DNA of 64,000 nucleotides from a bacterium (lineage in GTDB: Bacteria; Krumholzibacteriota; Krumholzibacteriia; LZORAL124-64-63): assembly GCA_018829565.1 (NCBI GenBank), contig JAHJTW010000061.1, positions 119 to 64,118 of the forward strand, in the 5' to 3' direction. The notes under the pieces are model-generated. The model made no database searches. It saw nothing but the letters and a program-made list of their open reading frames with translations, and had not been told where the DNA came from. A program made the translations under genes and the position numbers. Positions 55,906 through 64,000 of the stretch are shown here, piece by piece; position 1 is the stretch's first letter, and each line of letters begins with the position of its first letter.

Positions 55906-57357
55906 GTGAATCCCCTCGTTCTCGGCATGATTCTTTACAGCGTCGTCATCCTGGGGGTCGGCGTCCTCGCCGCCCGCAGCAACCGCACCCTGGGCGACTA
56001 CCTGCTGGCCGGCCGCCGTCTGGGGCCCTGGGTGGCGGCCTTCAGCGAGCGGGCCAGCGGGGAATCGGCCTGGCTGCTCATCGGGCTGCCGGGCCTGGCC
56101 TTCGCCACCGGGGCGGGGGCGGCCTGGGTCGGTGTGGGTTGCTGCACCGGGATCGCCTTCAGCTGGATGGTGATCGCCCGCCGCCTGCGGGAGGAGACCG
56201 AGCGGTTCGAATCCCTGACCCTGGCGGACTACTTCGAGTCCCGCTTCGGTGACTCGAGTCGCACCCTGCGCTCCGTCGCCACGGTCATCATCCTGTTCTT
56301 CTTCACCTTCTACGTCGCGGCCCAGTTCCTGGCCGCCGGCAAGGTCCTGAACTTCTACCTGGAGATCCCGCCCATCTGGGGCATGGCCATCGGGGCGGTG
56401 CTGGTGCTGTTCTACACGGCCGTCGGCGGCCTCCTTGCCGTGTCCTGGACCGACCTGATCCAGGGGATCATCATGCTGGCGACCCTGGCCGTCCTGCCGC
56501 TGGCCGTCCTGGCCGAACTCGGCGGGCCGGGAGTCCTGCAGGACCGCCTGGCGGGTTTCGGGGGATCCTACCTCGACCTGGCCCCCGGGAGCACCGCCTG
56601 GGCGGCGATCAGCGGGGTGCTGGGGAGCCTGGCCATCGGCCTGGGCTACATGGGGCAGCCCCACCTGGTGCTGCGGTTCATGGCCATCACCTCGCCCCGG
56701 GACGTGCGCAAGGGACGTTTCATCGCGATCGGATGGGCGGTCATCGCCTTCTCCGGAGCCATCCTGATCGGGCTGACGGGGCTGGCCTGGTTCGGCCCCG
56801 AGGCCATGGGGGACGGCGGGGCCATCGCCGACCAGGAGCAGCTCATGCCCCTGATGGCCAGGTCGTTCATGCCCGAGTGGCTGGCCGTGGTGATGATCGT
56901 CGGCGCCATCGCCGCCATGATGTCCACGGCCGACAGCCAGCTTCTGGCCAGCGCCAGCGCCGTCAGCGAGGACATCTATCGCCGCATGATCGATCCCCGG
57001 GCCTCCGAGCGCCGGCTCGTGGCGATCGGGCGATCGGCTACTATCGGCGTGGGAGCCCTCGCCTTCATCCTGGCCTGGAAGGCGGACGATTTCGTCTACA
57101 ACATGGTCCTTTACGCCTGGGCCGGACTGGGCTCGGCCTTCGGGCCGCCCCTGTTGCTTTCCCTGCACTGGCGACGCGTCAGCAGGGCCGGGGCGCTGGC
57201 CGGATTCATCACCGGAACCGTCACCGTCATTCTCTGGTACAATATTCCCGTGCTCAACGGGCTGCTGTACGAGATGATCCCCGGGTTCTTGCTATCGCTC
57301 GCAGCAACCGTTTCTTTCAGCATGATCCGTCCCGACTCGCCGGAACAGGAAGTGTGA
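55906..57357 (+). CDS. putP: sodium:solute symporter, PutP-like
   Basis: GDYLLAGRRLGPWVAAFSERASGESAWLLIGLPG. 483 aa and about 13 TM. GTG start with GGGAGG upstream. Confidence 0.75.
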   Translation: MNPLVLGMILYSVVILGVGVLAARSNRTLGDYLLAGRRLGPWVAAFSERASGESAWLLIGLPGLAFATGAGAAWVGVGCCTGIAFSWMVIARRLREETERFESLTLADYFESRFGDSSRTLRSVATVIILFFFTFYVAAQFLAAGKVLNFYLEIPPIWGMAIGAVLVLFYTAVGGLLAVSWTDLIQGIIMLATLAVLPLAVLAELGGPGVLQDRLAGFGGSYLDLAPGSTAWAAISGVLGSLAIGLGYMGQPHLVLRFMAITSPRDVRKGRFIAIGWAVIAFSGAILIGLTGLAWFGPEAMGDGGAIADQEQLMPLMARSFMPEWLAVVMIVGAIAAMMSTADSQLLASASAVSEDIYRRMIDPRASERRLVAIGRSATIGVGALAFILAWKADDFVYNMVLYAWAGLGSAFGPPLLLSLHWRRVSRAGALAGFITGTVTVILWYNIPVLNGLLYEMIPGFLLSLAATVSFSMIRPDSPEQEV

Positions 57358-57358
57358 C

Positions 57359-58117
57359 ATGGCCCGCAAGGACGACGAACTGCTCCAGACCGGAAGGCGC
57401 AAGAACCATGGCGGCTCCCGCAGGGAGACGCCGAAGATCATCTGGCTGGGGCTTGCCGTCTGCATCATCGGGGCAGCCCTGCTGTTCCGCTCGCCCGGGG
57501 GCGACGTCCCCACGGGGATCGGCGAGTCCCGGACGATCATCACCGTTCCGGGCGAGGATACCGGGCCTGCGGGGGCCGATTCCCTGGACGTCGCCGGCGA
57601 TTCCCTCGGCGCTCCCCCGGCTCAGCGGTCCGGCGAGGTGGACGTGGCCGACGTCGGCACCCGGCTCACCCCCGAAACCCCCGAGACCGCCTCGAAGAAG
57701 CCTGAACCCGGCGCAGACGGCGGCGTCAAGCTCGTCAACCTGACCCCGGAATCCCCGGAGGAGTCGGCGGAAGTCCCGGCCCAGGATGCCGGCGTCGGGA
57801 CCACCGCCGCCGACCGTCCGGCAGGGAGGGCCACGCTCCCCTCCGCCCCTGCCCCCGAACCGGCCCCCATCGCGCCCGACGAGGAAGGCCCCTACCTGGT
57901 CCAGGTGGGGTCGTTCGGCGATGCGGCCAACGCCGACCTCGAGGCCGCCCGCCTGCAGAAGATGGGCTGGGACGCCCGGGTCAAGGTGGCCAACATGGCC
58001 GATTCATCCATGATCTTCCGGGTCCGGATCGGCTACTTCCCCGACCGCACGACGGCCGAGGCTTTCATCAAGCAGAACAGGAAACACATTCCGGCGGCCA
58101 TACCGGTCCACCGGTGA
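57359..58117 (+). CDS. SPOR-domain membrane protein
   Basis: N-terminal TM, Pro/Ala/Glu-rich linker, and C-terminal YLVQVGSFGDAANADLEAARLQKMGWDARV...FRVRIGYFPDRTTAEAF. Confidence 0.8.
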   Translation: MARKDDELLQTGRRKNHGGSRRETPKIIWLGLAVCIIGAALLFRSPGGDVPTGIGESRTIITVPGEDTGPAGADSLDVAGDSLGAPPAQRSGEVDVADVGTRLTPETPETASKKPEPGADGGVKLVNLTPESPEESAEVPAQDAGVGTTAADRPAGRATLPSAPAPEPAPIAPDEEGPYLVQVGSFGDAANADLEAARLQKMGWDARVKVANMADSSMIFRVRIGYFPDRTTAEAFIKQNRKHIPAAIPVHR

Positions 58118-58131
58118 CCCGAGGAGAAACC

Positions 58132-59145
58132 ATGCCCAGAGCCGCCATCATCGGCACGGGGTTCCACGTGCCGGAGCGGGTCGTCACCAACGAGGACCTG
58201 ACCGCCTGGATGGACACCTCGGACGAGTGGATCACCCAGCGCAGCGGGATCAAGGAGCGACGGTGGCTCGAGATCGGCCCCGACGGCCGCACCGTCGAAT
58301 CCGGGGCCGAGATGGGCGCACGGGCCGCCCGCATGGCCATCGAGGACGCCGGCATCGAGCCCGCCGACATCGACCAGATCATCTACGCCACCCTGAATCC
58401 CGACGTCTTCTTTCCCGGCAACGGGGTCTTCATCGAGGATCTCCTCGGCCTCAAGACGGCCGGCGCCATGGACATCCGCAACCAGTGCACCGGGTTCGTG
58501 TACGGGCTCGCCGCGGCGGACGGTTTCATCCAGGCGGGGATCGCCCGCACGGTGCTGGTGATCGGCGGCGAGATCCAGTCCACCGCCCTGGACCTCTCGA
58601 CCCGGGGCAGGGAGATGGCCGTGCTGTTCGGCGACGGCGCCGGGGCCGCCGTGGTCCAGGCCAGCGACGAGCCCGGACGCGGCGTGCTGGCCTCGGTCCT
58701 GCACAGCCAGGGGCGTTTCGCCCTCGACCTGATGCTGCGGTCGCCCGAGGCCGTGGTCCCCGGCCGCATCACTCCCGAGCATCTGGCCCAGGGGCAGCAC
58801 CACCCGACCATGGACGGATCCCTGGTCTTCAAGCACGCCATCCGCAGGTTCTGCGAGGCCATCGACGAGGTCCTGGAAAAAGGCGGGGCCGCCATCGGCG
58901 ACGTCGATCTGCTGGTCCCCCACCAGGCCAACCAGCGCATCACCGAGGCGGTGGGCAGCCGCATGGGCCTGGCGCCCGAGAAGGTGTTCAGCAACATCGC
59001 CAAGTACGGCAACACCACCGCCGCCACCATCCCCATCGCCCTGGCCGAAGCCGTGCGCGAGGGCAGGCTCCGGCGCGGCCACCTCGTGGTGACGGTGGCC
59101 TTCGGCTCGGGCTTCACCTGGGGGGCCAATCTCATCCGCTGGTGA
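58132..59145 (+). CDS. fabH: 3-oxoacyl-ACP synthase III
   Basis: GAGGAG RBS. IIGTGFHVPERVVTNEDL...TSDEWITQRSGIKERR, NQCTGFVYGL, PHQANQRI, GNTTAATIP, AFGSGFTWGA. Confidence 0.9.
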   Translation: MPRAAIIGTGFHVPERVVTNEDLTAWMDTSDEWITQRSGIKERRWLEIGPDGRTVESGAEMGARAARMAIEDAGIEPADIDQIIYATLNPDVFFPGNGVFIEDLLGLKTAGAMDIRNQCTGFVYGLAAADGFIQAGIARTVLVIGGEIQSTALDLSTRGREMAVLFGDGAGAAVVQASDEPGRGVLASVLHSQGRFALDLMLRSPEAVVPGRITPEHLAQGQHHPTMDGSLVFKHAIRRFCEAIDEVLEKGGAAIGDVDLLVPHQANQRITEAVGSRMGLAPEKVFSNIAKYGNTTAATIPIALAEAVREGRLRRGHLVVTVAFGSGFTWGANLIRW

Positions 59146-59161
59146 TCACCTGCGGACCCCA

Positions 59162-59205
59162 CCTGAAAACAGCCCCCGCCGTTGCCGGCGGGGGCTGTTT
59201 TCAGG
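59162..59205. terminator. bidirectional rho-independent terminator between fabH and rex
   Basis: A 44-nt near-perfect palindrome, CCTGAAAACAGCCCCCGCCG-ttgc-CGGCGGGGGCTGTTTTCAGG, with an A-run and T-run on either side. Confidence 0.75.
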
Positions 59206-59220
59206 CAAGACGCAGGGGTC

Positions 59221-59886
59221 TCAGGCCAGATCGGCGTCCTCTCCCTGCAGGATGCACTTGACCTTGAAGCTCAGGGCCATGATGCCGACGGCGAGCCGCT
59301 CGTTGCGGACGGCCACCCCGTCGGGAACCTTCAGGTCGGTGGGGGCGAAGTTGAAGATCCCCACGACGCCGGCTGCCACCAGCCGGTCGGTGACCGCCTG
59401 GGCGTGGGAGGCCGGAACGGTCAGGATGGCGATCTTGACGTTCTCCTTGCGGATCAACGCCTCCATCTCGTCCATGTCCCGGATGGGCTGGCCGCGGATC
59501 TCGAGGCCGAGGAGCTTGGGATTGACGTCGAAGATGCCCCGCACGGGGAATCCCTGGACGTCCAGGTTCTGGTAGTTGGCCAGGGCCTGACCCAGATGCC
59601 CGGCCCCGACGATCACCGTCGGCACCGGCTCGGCGATGCCGATGATCTGCTCGAGAGCCGGCACCAGCTTGGCCACCTGGTAGGGCCGGCCCGGCCGGCT
59701 GAACCCCCCGAAGTAATGGAAATCATGGCGCAACTGGCTGGCCTTGATGTCCAGGGATTCGGCGAGCTGGCGGCTCGACACGTCCTCGACGCCGATGGCC
59801 TGAAGCAGCTTCAGTTTCTCCAGATACAGGGGCAGCCGGTGGATGGTGGCATCGGGTACGTCGCACCCCTTGCGCTTCTTTCTCAA
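59221..59886 (-). CDS. rex: redox-sensing transcriptional repressor Rex
   Basis: VPDATIHRLPLYLEKL, SSRQLAE..DIKASQLRHDFHYFGGF, IVGAGHLGQALANY, IAILTVPA. The TTG at 59886 has GGAGG 7 nt upstream; an alternative ATG lies at 59919. Confidence 0.85.
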   Translation of the reverse strand: MRKKRKGCDVPDATIHRLPLYLEKLKLLQAIGVEDVSSRQLAESLDIKASQLRHDFHYFGGFSRPGRPYQVAKLVPALEQIIGIAEPVPTVIVGAGHLGQALANYQNLDVQGFPVRGIFDVNPKLLGLEIRGQPIRDMDEMEALIRKENVKIAILTVPASHAQAVTDRLVAAGVVGIFNFAPTDLKVPDGVAVRNERLAVGIMALSFKVKCILQGEDADLA

Positions 59887-59902
59887 CCTGGGGCCTCCAC
59901 TA

Positions 59903-59918
59903 TGTGATTGGATTAACA
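59903..59918. promoter_or_regulatory. Rex-box-like palindrome upstream of rex
   Basis: TGTGA-TTGGAT-TAACA versus the Rex consensus core TGTGA-N6-TCACA (one mismatch). Confidence 0.4.
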
Positions 59919-60163
59919 TTCTTTCTGCAACCGCAGCGAATTCTGTTACGGTTTTGACAGCATACTGTACCTCACCTGTCAATTTTCGTCAAGGGGGACC
60001 ACGGGACGCGGGGCTACCCTGCCTCCACGCATCCGGGACCAAGATTTATTGGAGCTTTGTCCCTGCGCCCCATATCTTTGCCCCGTCCATCGCCTGCCCG
60101 AAAAGGCGGACAAAACGACCGACATATCCGGAAACCGAGCAGAACCTACCTGGACGGGTGATC

Positions 60164-62101
60164 ATGGGTAACCGTTTCCTGATCGAGGATCCCTGGCTCC
60201 TGAATCCGTTGCCCCGTTACGGGGAACTGGGCCCCGCGGACTACTCCGCTCTCGGGTTCATGTGCGGACTCGAGGTCCACCAGCAGCTGCTGACCAGGCG
60301 CAAGCTGTTCTGCCGCTGTCCGGCCGGGCAGTACAACCAGGGCGAACACCAGGCCGAGGTGCTGCGGCACATGCGGCCCACCCTCTCGGAGATGGGCGAG
60401 TACGACGGCACCGCCCTGATGGAGTTCAAGACCCGCAAGGACATCATCTACCACCTCAACCAGAACACGGTCTGCACCTACGAGATGGACGACGCCCCCC
60501 CGTTCGAGATGGACGACGAGGCCCTGGACATCAGCATCGCCATCACCATGATGCTCGGCTGCAACGTGGTCAGCGAGGTGCACATCACCCGCAAGCAGTA
60601 CCTGGACGGCAGCATCCCCACCGGCTTCCAGCGGACGGCCATCATCGGCACCGACGGCGACGTCCCCTTCCGGGGCCGCACCGTGCACATCCGCCAGCTC
60701 AGCATCGAGGAGGATTCCTGCCGGGAAGTCAGCGACCAGGGCCACGTGCGGGTCTACCGGACCGACCGCCTGGGCATGCCCCTGATCGAGACCGTCACCG
60801 ACCCCGACATGAAGACGCCGGAGGAGGCCATGGCGGTCGGCCAGGTGCTGCGCCACCTGTGCCGGGCCAGCGGCATGGTCCGCACCGGCAGCGGGGCGGC
60901 CCGCCAGGACGTCAACGTCTCGGTGACGGGCGGGACGCGCATCGAGATCAAGGGCGTCCCCAGCCTGAGGGCCATCCCCCGTCTGACCCACAACGAGGCG
61001 CTGCGCCAGCGCACCCTGCTCGGCATCCGCGCCGAACTCCAGCGGCGGGGGATCACCGCCGAGGACATCGCCGACACGGGATTCGACGTGACGGCCATCG
61101 TGCGCGGCACCGAGTGCCGGTTCATCCGCAAGGCCGTGGACAAGGGGGCGACCGTCCTGGCCATCCCCCTGCCCGGGTTCCAGGGCCTCCTCGAGGTCCA
61201 GACCCAGCCCCGCACCAGCTTCCTGAAGGAATTCAGCGACCGCATCCGCGTGATCGCCTGCATCGACGACCTGCCCAACCTGGCCCTGTCGACCCAGGAC
61301 GTCCCGACCCTCAGCAGCCGGGACTGGAACCGGGTGGCCAACGTCTGCAAGGTGGGCCAGGACGTGCCGGTGGTCCTGGTCTGGGGGACCGAGCGCGACA
61401 CGCGGACCGCCGTGAAGGAGATCGCCATCCGGGCCCGGGAGGCCGTCGCGGGCGTCCCGCAGGAGACCCGGCAGGCCCTGGACGACGGGACCAACGGCTT
61501 CGAGCGCGTCCTGCCCGGGGCCGACCGCATGTACCCGGACACCGATCTGCCGCCCATCGGGTTGAGCGACGAGCGGGTGGACGCCATCCGGTCATCCCTG
61601 CCCTCGCCCCCCTGGGAGAAACGCCGGCTGCTGACCGAGGCGGGCGTCGGTCCCGATCTGGCCGAACGCCTGAGCCGCCACCGCGCCTACGACCTCTTCG
61701 AGGCCCTGCGGACCCGCCTGGACACCTCCGGCGCCGCCGCCTTCGGCCCCCACCAGCTGGCCAGCCTGCTGCTGGACCGGTCCAGCCCCCGGCCCGCGAG
61801 CCTCGGCGCCGCGGGATCCTGGTGGGAAGAGACCATCGACCGCCTCGTCCGCGGGGACGTCCTGCCCGAGGCCGTCTGGAGCAGCGAGGAGGAACTGGCC
61901 GTTCCCCTGCCCGAGGCCGAGGCCCGGCGCCTGGTGACCGGCCTGGCGACCGCGTCCCTGGCGGACGGCGGCCTGCCCGAAGACCCCGCCCGGAAGGAAC
62001 ACGCCCTGATGGGACGTGTCATGCCCACGGCCCGCGGCCGCGTGCCCGGAAGCGCCGTCCGGCGCTGGATCGCCGAACACCTCAAGGAGACCCGCCAGTG
62101 A
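60164..62101 (+). CDS. gatE: Glu-tRNA(Gln) amidotransferase subunit E (archaeal type)
   Basis: 645 aa. GLEVHQQL...KLFCRCP, RPTLSEMGEYDGTAL, YLDGSIPTGFQRTAIIG, LSIEEDSCR, LGMPLIETVTDPDM, RQDVNVSVTGGTRIEIKGV, followed by the roughly 120-aa insertion and a YqeY-like tail. This is colinear with methanogen GatE as I remember it and too long for GatB. Confidence 0.85.
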   Translation: MGNRFLIEDPWLLNPLPRYGELGPADYSALGFMCGLEVHQQLLTRRKLFCRCPAGQYNQGEHQAEVLRHMRPTLSEMGEYDGTALMEFKTRKDIIYHLNQNTVCTYEMDDAPPFEMDDEALDISIAITMMLGCNVVSEVHITRKQYLDGSIPTGFQRTAIIGTDGDVPFRGRTVHIRQLSIEEDSCREVSDQGHVRVYRTDRLGMPLIETVTDPDMKTPEEAMAVGQVLRHLCRASGMVRTGSGAARQDVNVSVTGGTRIEIKGVPSLRAIPRLTHNEALRQRTLLGIRAELQRRGITAEDIADTGFDVTAIVRGTECRFIRKAVDKGATVLAIPLPGFQGLLEVQTQPRTSFLKEFSDRIRVIACIDDLPNLALSTQDVPTLSSRDWNRVANVCKVGQDVPVVLVWGTERDTRTAVKEIAIRAREAVAGVPQETRQALDDGTNGFERVLPGADRMYPDTDLPPIGLSDERVDAIRSSLPSPPWEKRRLLTEAGVGPDLAERLSRHRAYDLFEALRTRLDTSGAAAFGPHQLASLLLDRSSPRPASLGAAGSWWEETIDRLVRGDVLPEAVWSSEEELAVPLPEAEARRLVTGLATASLADGGLPEDPARKEHALMGRVMPTARGRVPGSAVRRWIAEHLKETRQ

Positions 62102-63492
62102 GCCAGACGCACGAGGACTTCAAGGGCTACCGCAGCCCCACCCTGGACCTGCTGCAGCGCGAGGGTTCCCCGGTCTGGTCCCAGGTGACCCTGCACACCA
62201 CCCGCGGCGACTTCACGGGCCTGATCCTGCCCCGCAGCGAGACCGCCGACGAGCTTCACATCGTGCTGAAGCTGGCCACCGGGTACAACATCGGGATCCG
62301 CCACGACACCGTACGGTCCATCAGCGTCCACGGGCGCAAGGTGGCCAACTACCAGATCCCCGAGAAGGAGTTCCCCTTCGACCCCGGCAAGCCCCGGGTC
62401 AAGCTGTTCGGCACCGGGGGCACCATCGCCAGCCGGCTGGACTACCGCACCGGCGCGGTGATCCCCGCCTTCAGTCCCGGCGAGCTGTACGGCTCGGTGC
62501 CCGAACTGGCGGACATCTGCAACATGGAGACCGAGAAGCTGTACGGGGTCTTCAGCGAGAACATGGGCCCCGAGCAGTGGATGGGCACGGCCCGGGCCAT
62601 CGCCGCCGAGATCGAGAAGGGCGTGGCCGGGATCGTGGTGGGCCACGGCACCGACACCATGCACCATACCGCCGCCGCCCTGAGCTTCATGCTGCAGGAC
62701 TCGCCCGTGCCCATCGTGATGGTGGGCAGCCAGCGCAGCAGCGACCGGCCCAGCTCCGACGCGGCCATCAACCTCATCAACGCCACGCGAACCGCCGCCA
62801 CCAGCGACATCGCCGAGGTGATGGTCTGCATGTTCGGCCCCACCAGCGACGAGTACGGGTTGCTGCACCGGGGGACGCGCGTGCGCAAGATGCACTCCTC
62901 CTACCGCTCGACCTTCCGCACCCTCAGCGACATCCCCCTGGGCAAGGTCGATCCCGCCTCCGGGGTCACCCCCTTCCGGGAGGACTACAAGCGGCGGCGC
63001 GACGACAACCGGGTCGACCTGAAGGCCGTCTTCGACGACCGGGTCTCGCTGGTCTACTACTATCCCGCGATGAAGCCGGACGTCATCGACTCCCTGGTCG
63101 CCAACGGCTACAAGGGGATCATCATCGCCGGCACCGGTCTGGGCCACGTCAACAAGCCGCTCTATCCCGCGCTGCAGCGGGCGTACGACGCCGGCGTCCA
63201 CGTCTACATGACCGTGCAGACCATGTGGGGCTACGTGCAGATGTACGTGTACGAGACGGGGCGAGAGATCATGGGCCTCGGCGTGATCCCCGCGGCGAAC
63301 ATGCTGCCCGAGGTGGCCTACGTGAAGCTGGGGTGGGCCATGGGCCAGTCGCAGGACCGCGAAGAGGTCAAGCGGATCATGATGACTCCCGTGGCCGGCG
63401 AGATCACCGAGCGCGAGCCCCACAACGGGTACCTGGTGTTCCAGGGCGGCATCCCCGAGGTGGACCAGTTCATCTCGACCCACTGGAAGTAG
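62098..63492 (+). CDS. gatD: Glu-tRNA(Gln) amidotransferase subunit D (asparaginase-like)
   Basis: GTG overlaps the gatE stop (GTGA), with AAGGAG 8 nt upstream. N-terminal LKLATGYNIGI domain, then GTGGTIASRLDYRTGAV, VGHGTDTMHHTAAALSF, VGSQRSSDRPSSDAAINL, RVRKMHSS, AGTGLGHV. Confidence 0.85.
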   Translation: MSQTHEDFKGYRSPTLDLLQREGSPVWSQVTLHTTRGDFTGLILPRSETADELHIVLKLATGYNIGIRHDTVRSISVHGRKVANYQIPEKEFPFDPGKPRVKLFGTGGTIASRLDYRTGAVIPAFSPGELYGSVPELADICNMETEKLYGVFSENMGPEQWMGTARAIAAEIEKGVAGIVVGHGTDTMHHTAAALSFMLQDSPVPIVMVGSQRSSDRPSSDAAINLINATRTAATSDIAEVMVCMFGPTSDEYGLLHRGTRVRKMHSSYRSTFRTLSDIPLGKVDPASGVTPFREDYKRRRDDNRVDLKAVFDDRVSLVYYYPAMKPDVIDSLVANGYKGIIIAGTGLGHVNKPLYPALQRAYDAGVHVYMTVQTMWGYVQMYVYETGREIMGLGVIPAANMLPEVAYVKLGWAMGQSQDREEVKRIMMTPVAGEITEREPHNGYLVFQGGIPEVDQFISTHWK

Positions 63493-63498
63493 GACGGG

Positions 63499-64000
63499 TC
63501 AATCCCAACCTCCGCCGGACCAGTCGGAAAAGGCGACCATCACCGCCACCAGGAGGATCGTCGTTCCCACCCCGGCTGCGGAGTTGTTGAGCTTGATCCC
63601 CAGGTTCCAGGCCACGTCGGTGCCGGGACCAGGTTCCTCCCACCTGCCTTCGTGCGACGAGGGGACGTCCCCGAACCTCCAACCCAGTGATTCGTAGGGG
63701 ATGATCGTGGTCTGGAGGTTCAGGGCCAGGTACCGCCCCCCGATCTCAGCCTGCAGCAGATAACCGGGACCATCCGGCACGATGTTGTCCTTATCCGACC
63801 CGAGGATCAGGCCGCCTCCGCACTGGATGTAATGGTCGGAATCCCGGCCCAGGGACCAGCGCCGGAATGCGTCGAGCCCGGACAGGCCCTGGTAATGGCT
63901 GCCCCAAGCGAGGAACGTGCCGAGTCCCCAGCCGTCGCGTGCCTCGTTCCGGTACAACAGACCGAGGTTCCAGGACAGCAACAGGTCGAATTCCCTACTC
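63499..64000 (-). CDS. hypothetical protein, C-terminal part (gene continues past the right edge)
   Basis: The frame stays open to the window end. The sequence is strand-like with alternating residues (LSWNLGLLYRNEARDGWGLGTFLAWG...), with a hydrophobic segment GVGTTILLVAVMVAF near the C-terminus. No family recognised. Confidence 0.5.
   Translation of the reverse strand, partial: SREFDLLLSWNLGLLYRNEARDGWGLGTFLAWGSHYQGLSGLDAFRRWSLGRDSDHYIQCGGGLILGSDKDNIVPDGPGYLLQAEIGGRYLALNLQTTIIPYESLGWRFGDVPSSHEGRWEEPGPGTDVAWNLGIKLNNSAAGVGTTILLVAVMVAFSDWSGGGWD

Noticed and set aside
59843-60163. In-frame N-terminal extension of gatE (track ORF starts at 59843).
   Set aside because: The extension overlaps the rex coding region and the intergenic DNA and has no GatE homology. 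The GatE similarity starts at the ATG at 60164.
60262-62097. The N-terminal 612 codons of the 1076-aa + strand ORF 60262-63492.
   Set aside because: This is an Arg/Pro/Gly-rich alternative frame of gatE. Only the part from the GTG at 62098 (RBS AAGGAG) matches GatD.
1-64000. CRISPR arrays, rRNA, tRNA, transposases and integrases.
   Set aside because: I scanned the intergenic regions and the ORF translations. There are no spaced direct-repeat arrays, no rRNA or tRNA signatures, and no DDE, tyrosine or serine recombinase motifs.

Overview
High-GC bacterial chromosomal window with about 55 protein genes. I found no rRNA, tRNA or CRISPR array. Many very long ORFs in the supplied track are antisense or alternative-frame artefacts of the GC bias; I called genes by recognisable protein motifs, RBS and start context, and start/stop coupling.

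Gene content, left to right:
- methylmalonyl-CoA mutase pair
- LVIVD-type surface protein
- Rrf2 regulator plus quinol-type NO reductase
- Bacillus-like FadR(TetR) with a fadN-fadA-fadE beta-oxidation operon, including a clear promoter and palindromic operators
- envelope cluster: PEGA/Omp28-like lipoprotein, a protein with a FlgD/T9SS-type C-terminal domain, and a TlpA-thioredoxin fused to a putative outer-membrane barrel
- atypical phosphohexomutase
- LemA locus
- AtuA-family protein
- 1138-aa GH13 enzyme
- small variable island: an HNH gene between two copies of a 31-nt hairpin repeat, an AT-rich tail, a decayed HEPN toxin and an intact MNT nucleotidyltransferase
- NodB-like surface protein
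- REC-histidine kinase
- oligopeptidase B
- methyltransferase
- YgfK-N-terminal-like Fe-S oxidoreductase
- three-gene membrane/Cys-rich operon
- YajD
- PepF
- tightly coupled lipid-tailoring operon: two desaturases, ACP, fatty acyl-AMP ligase, tandem GNAT and sulfotransferase
- archaeal-type HMG-CoA synthase/thiolase/DUF35 module
- ZIP transporter, PutP-like symporter, SPOR protein, FabH and Rex
- archaeal-type GatE-GatD amidotransferase pair

Most interesting:
1. GatDE and the archaeal-type HMGCS module sitting in an otherwise clearly bacterial context.
2. The desaturase-ACP-FAAL-GNAT-sulfotransferase operon, with an AT-rich inverted-repeat element upstream.
3. The repeat-bounded HNH island next to a degraded HEPN/MNT module.

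I cannot show that any of these is an undescribed system without database searches. All family assignments rest on motif recognition by eye.
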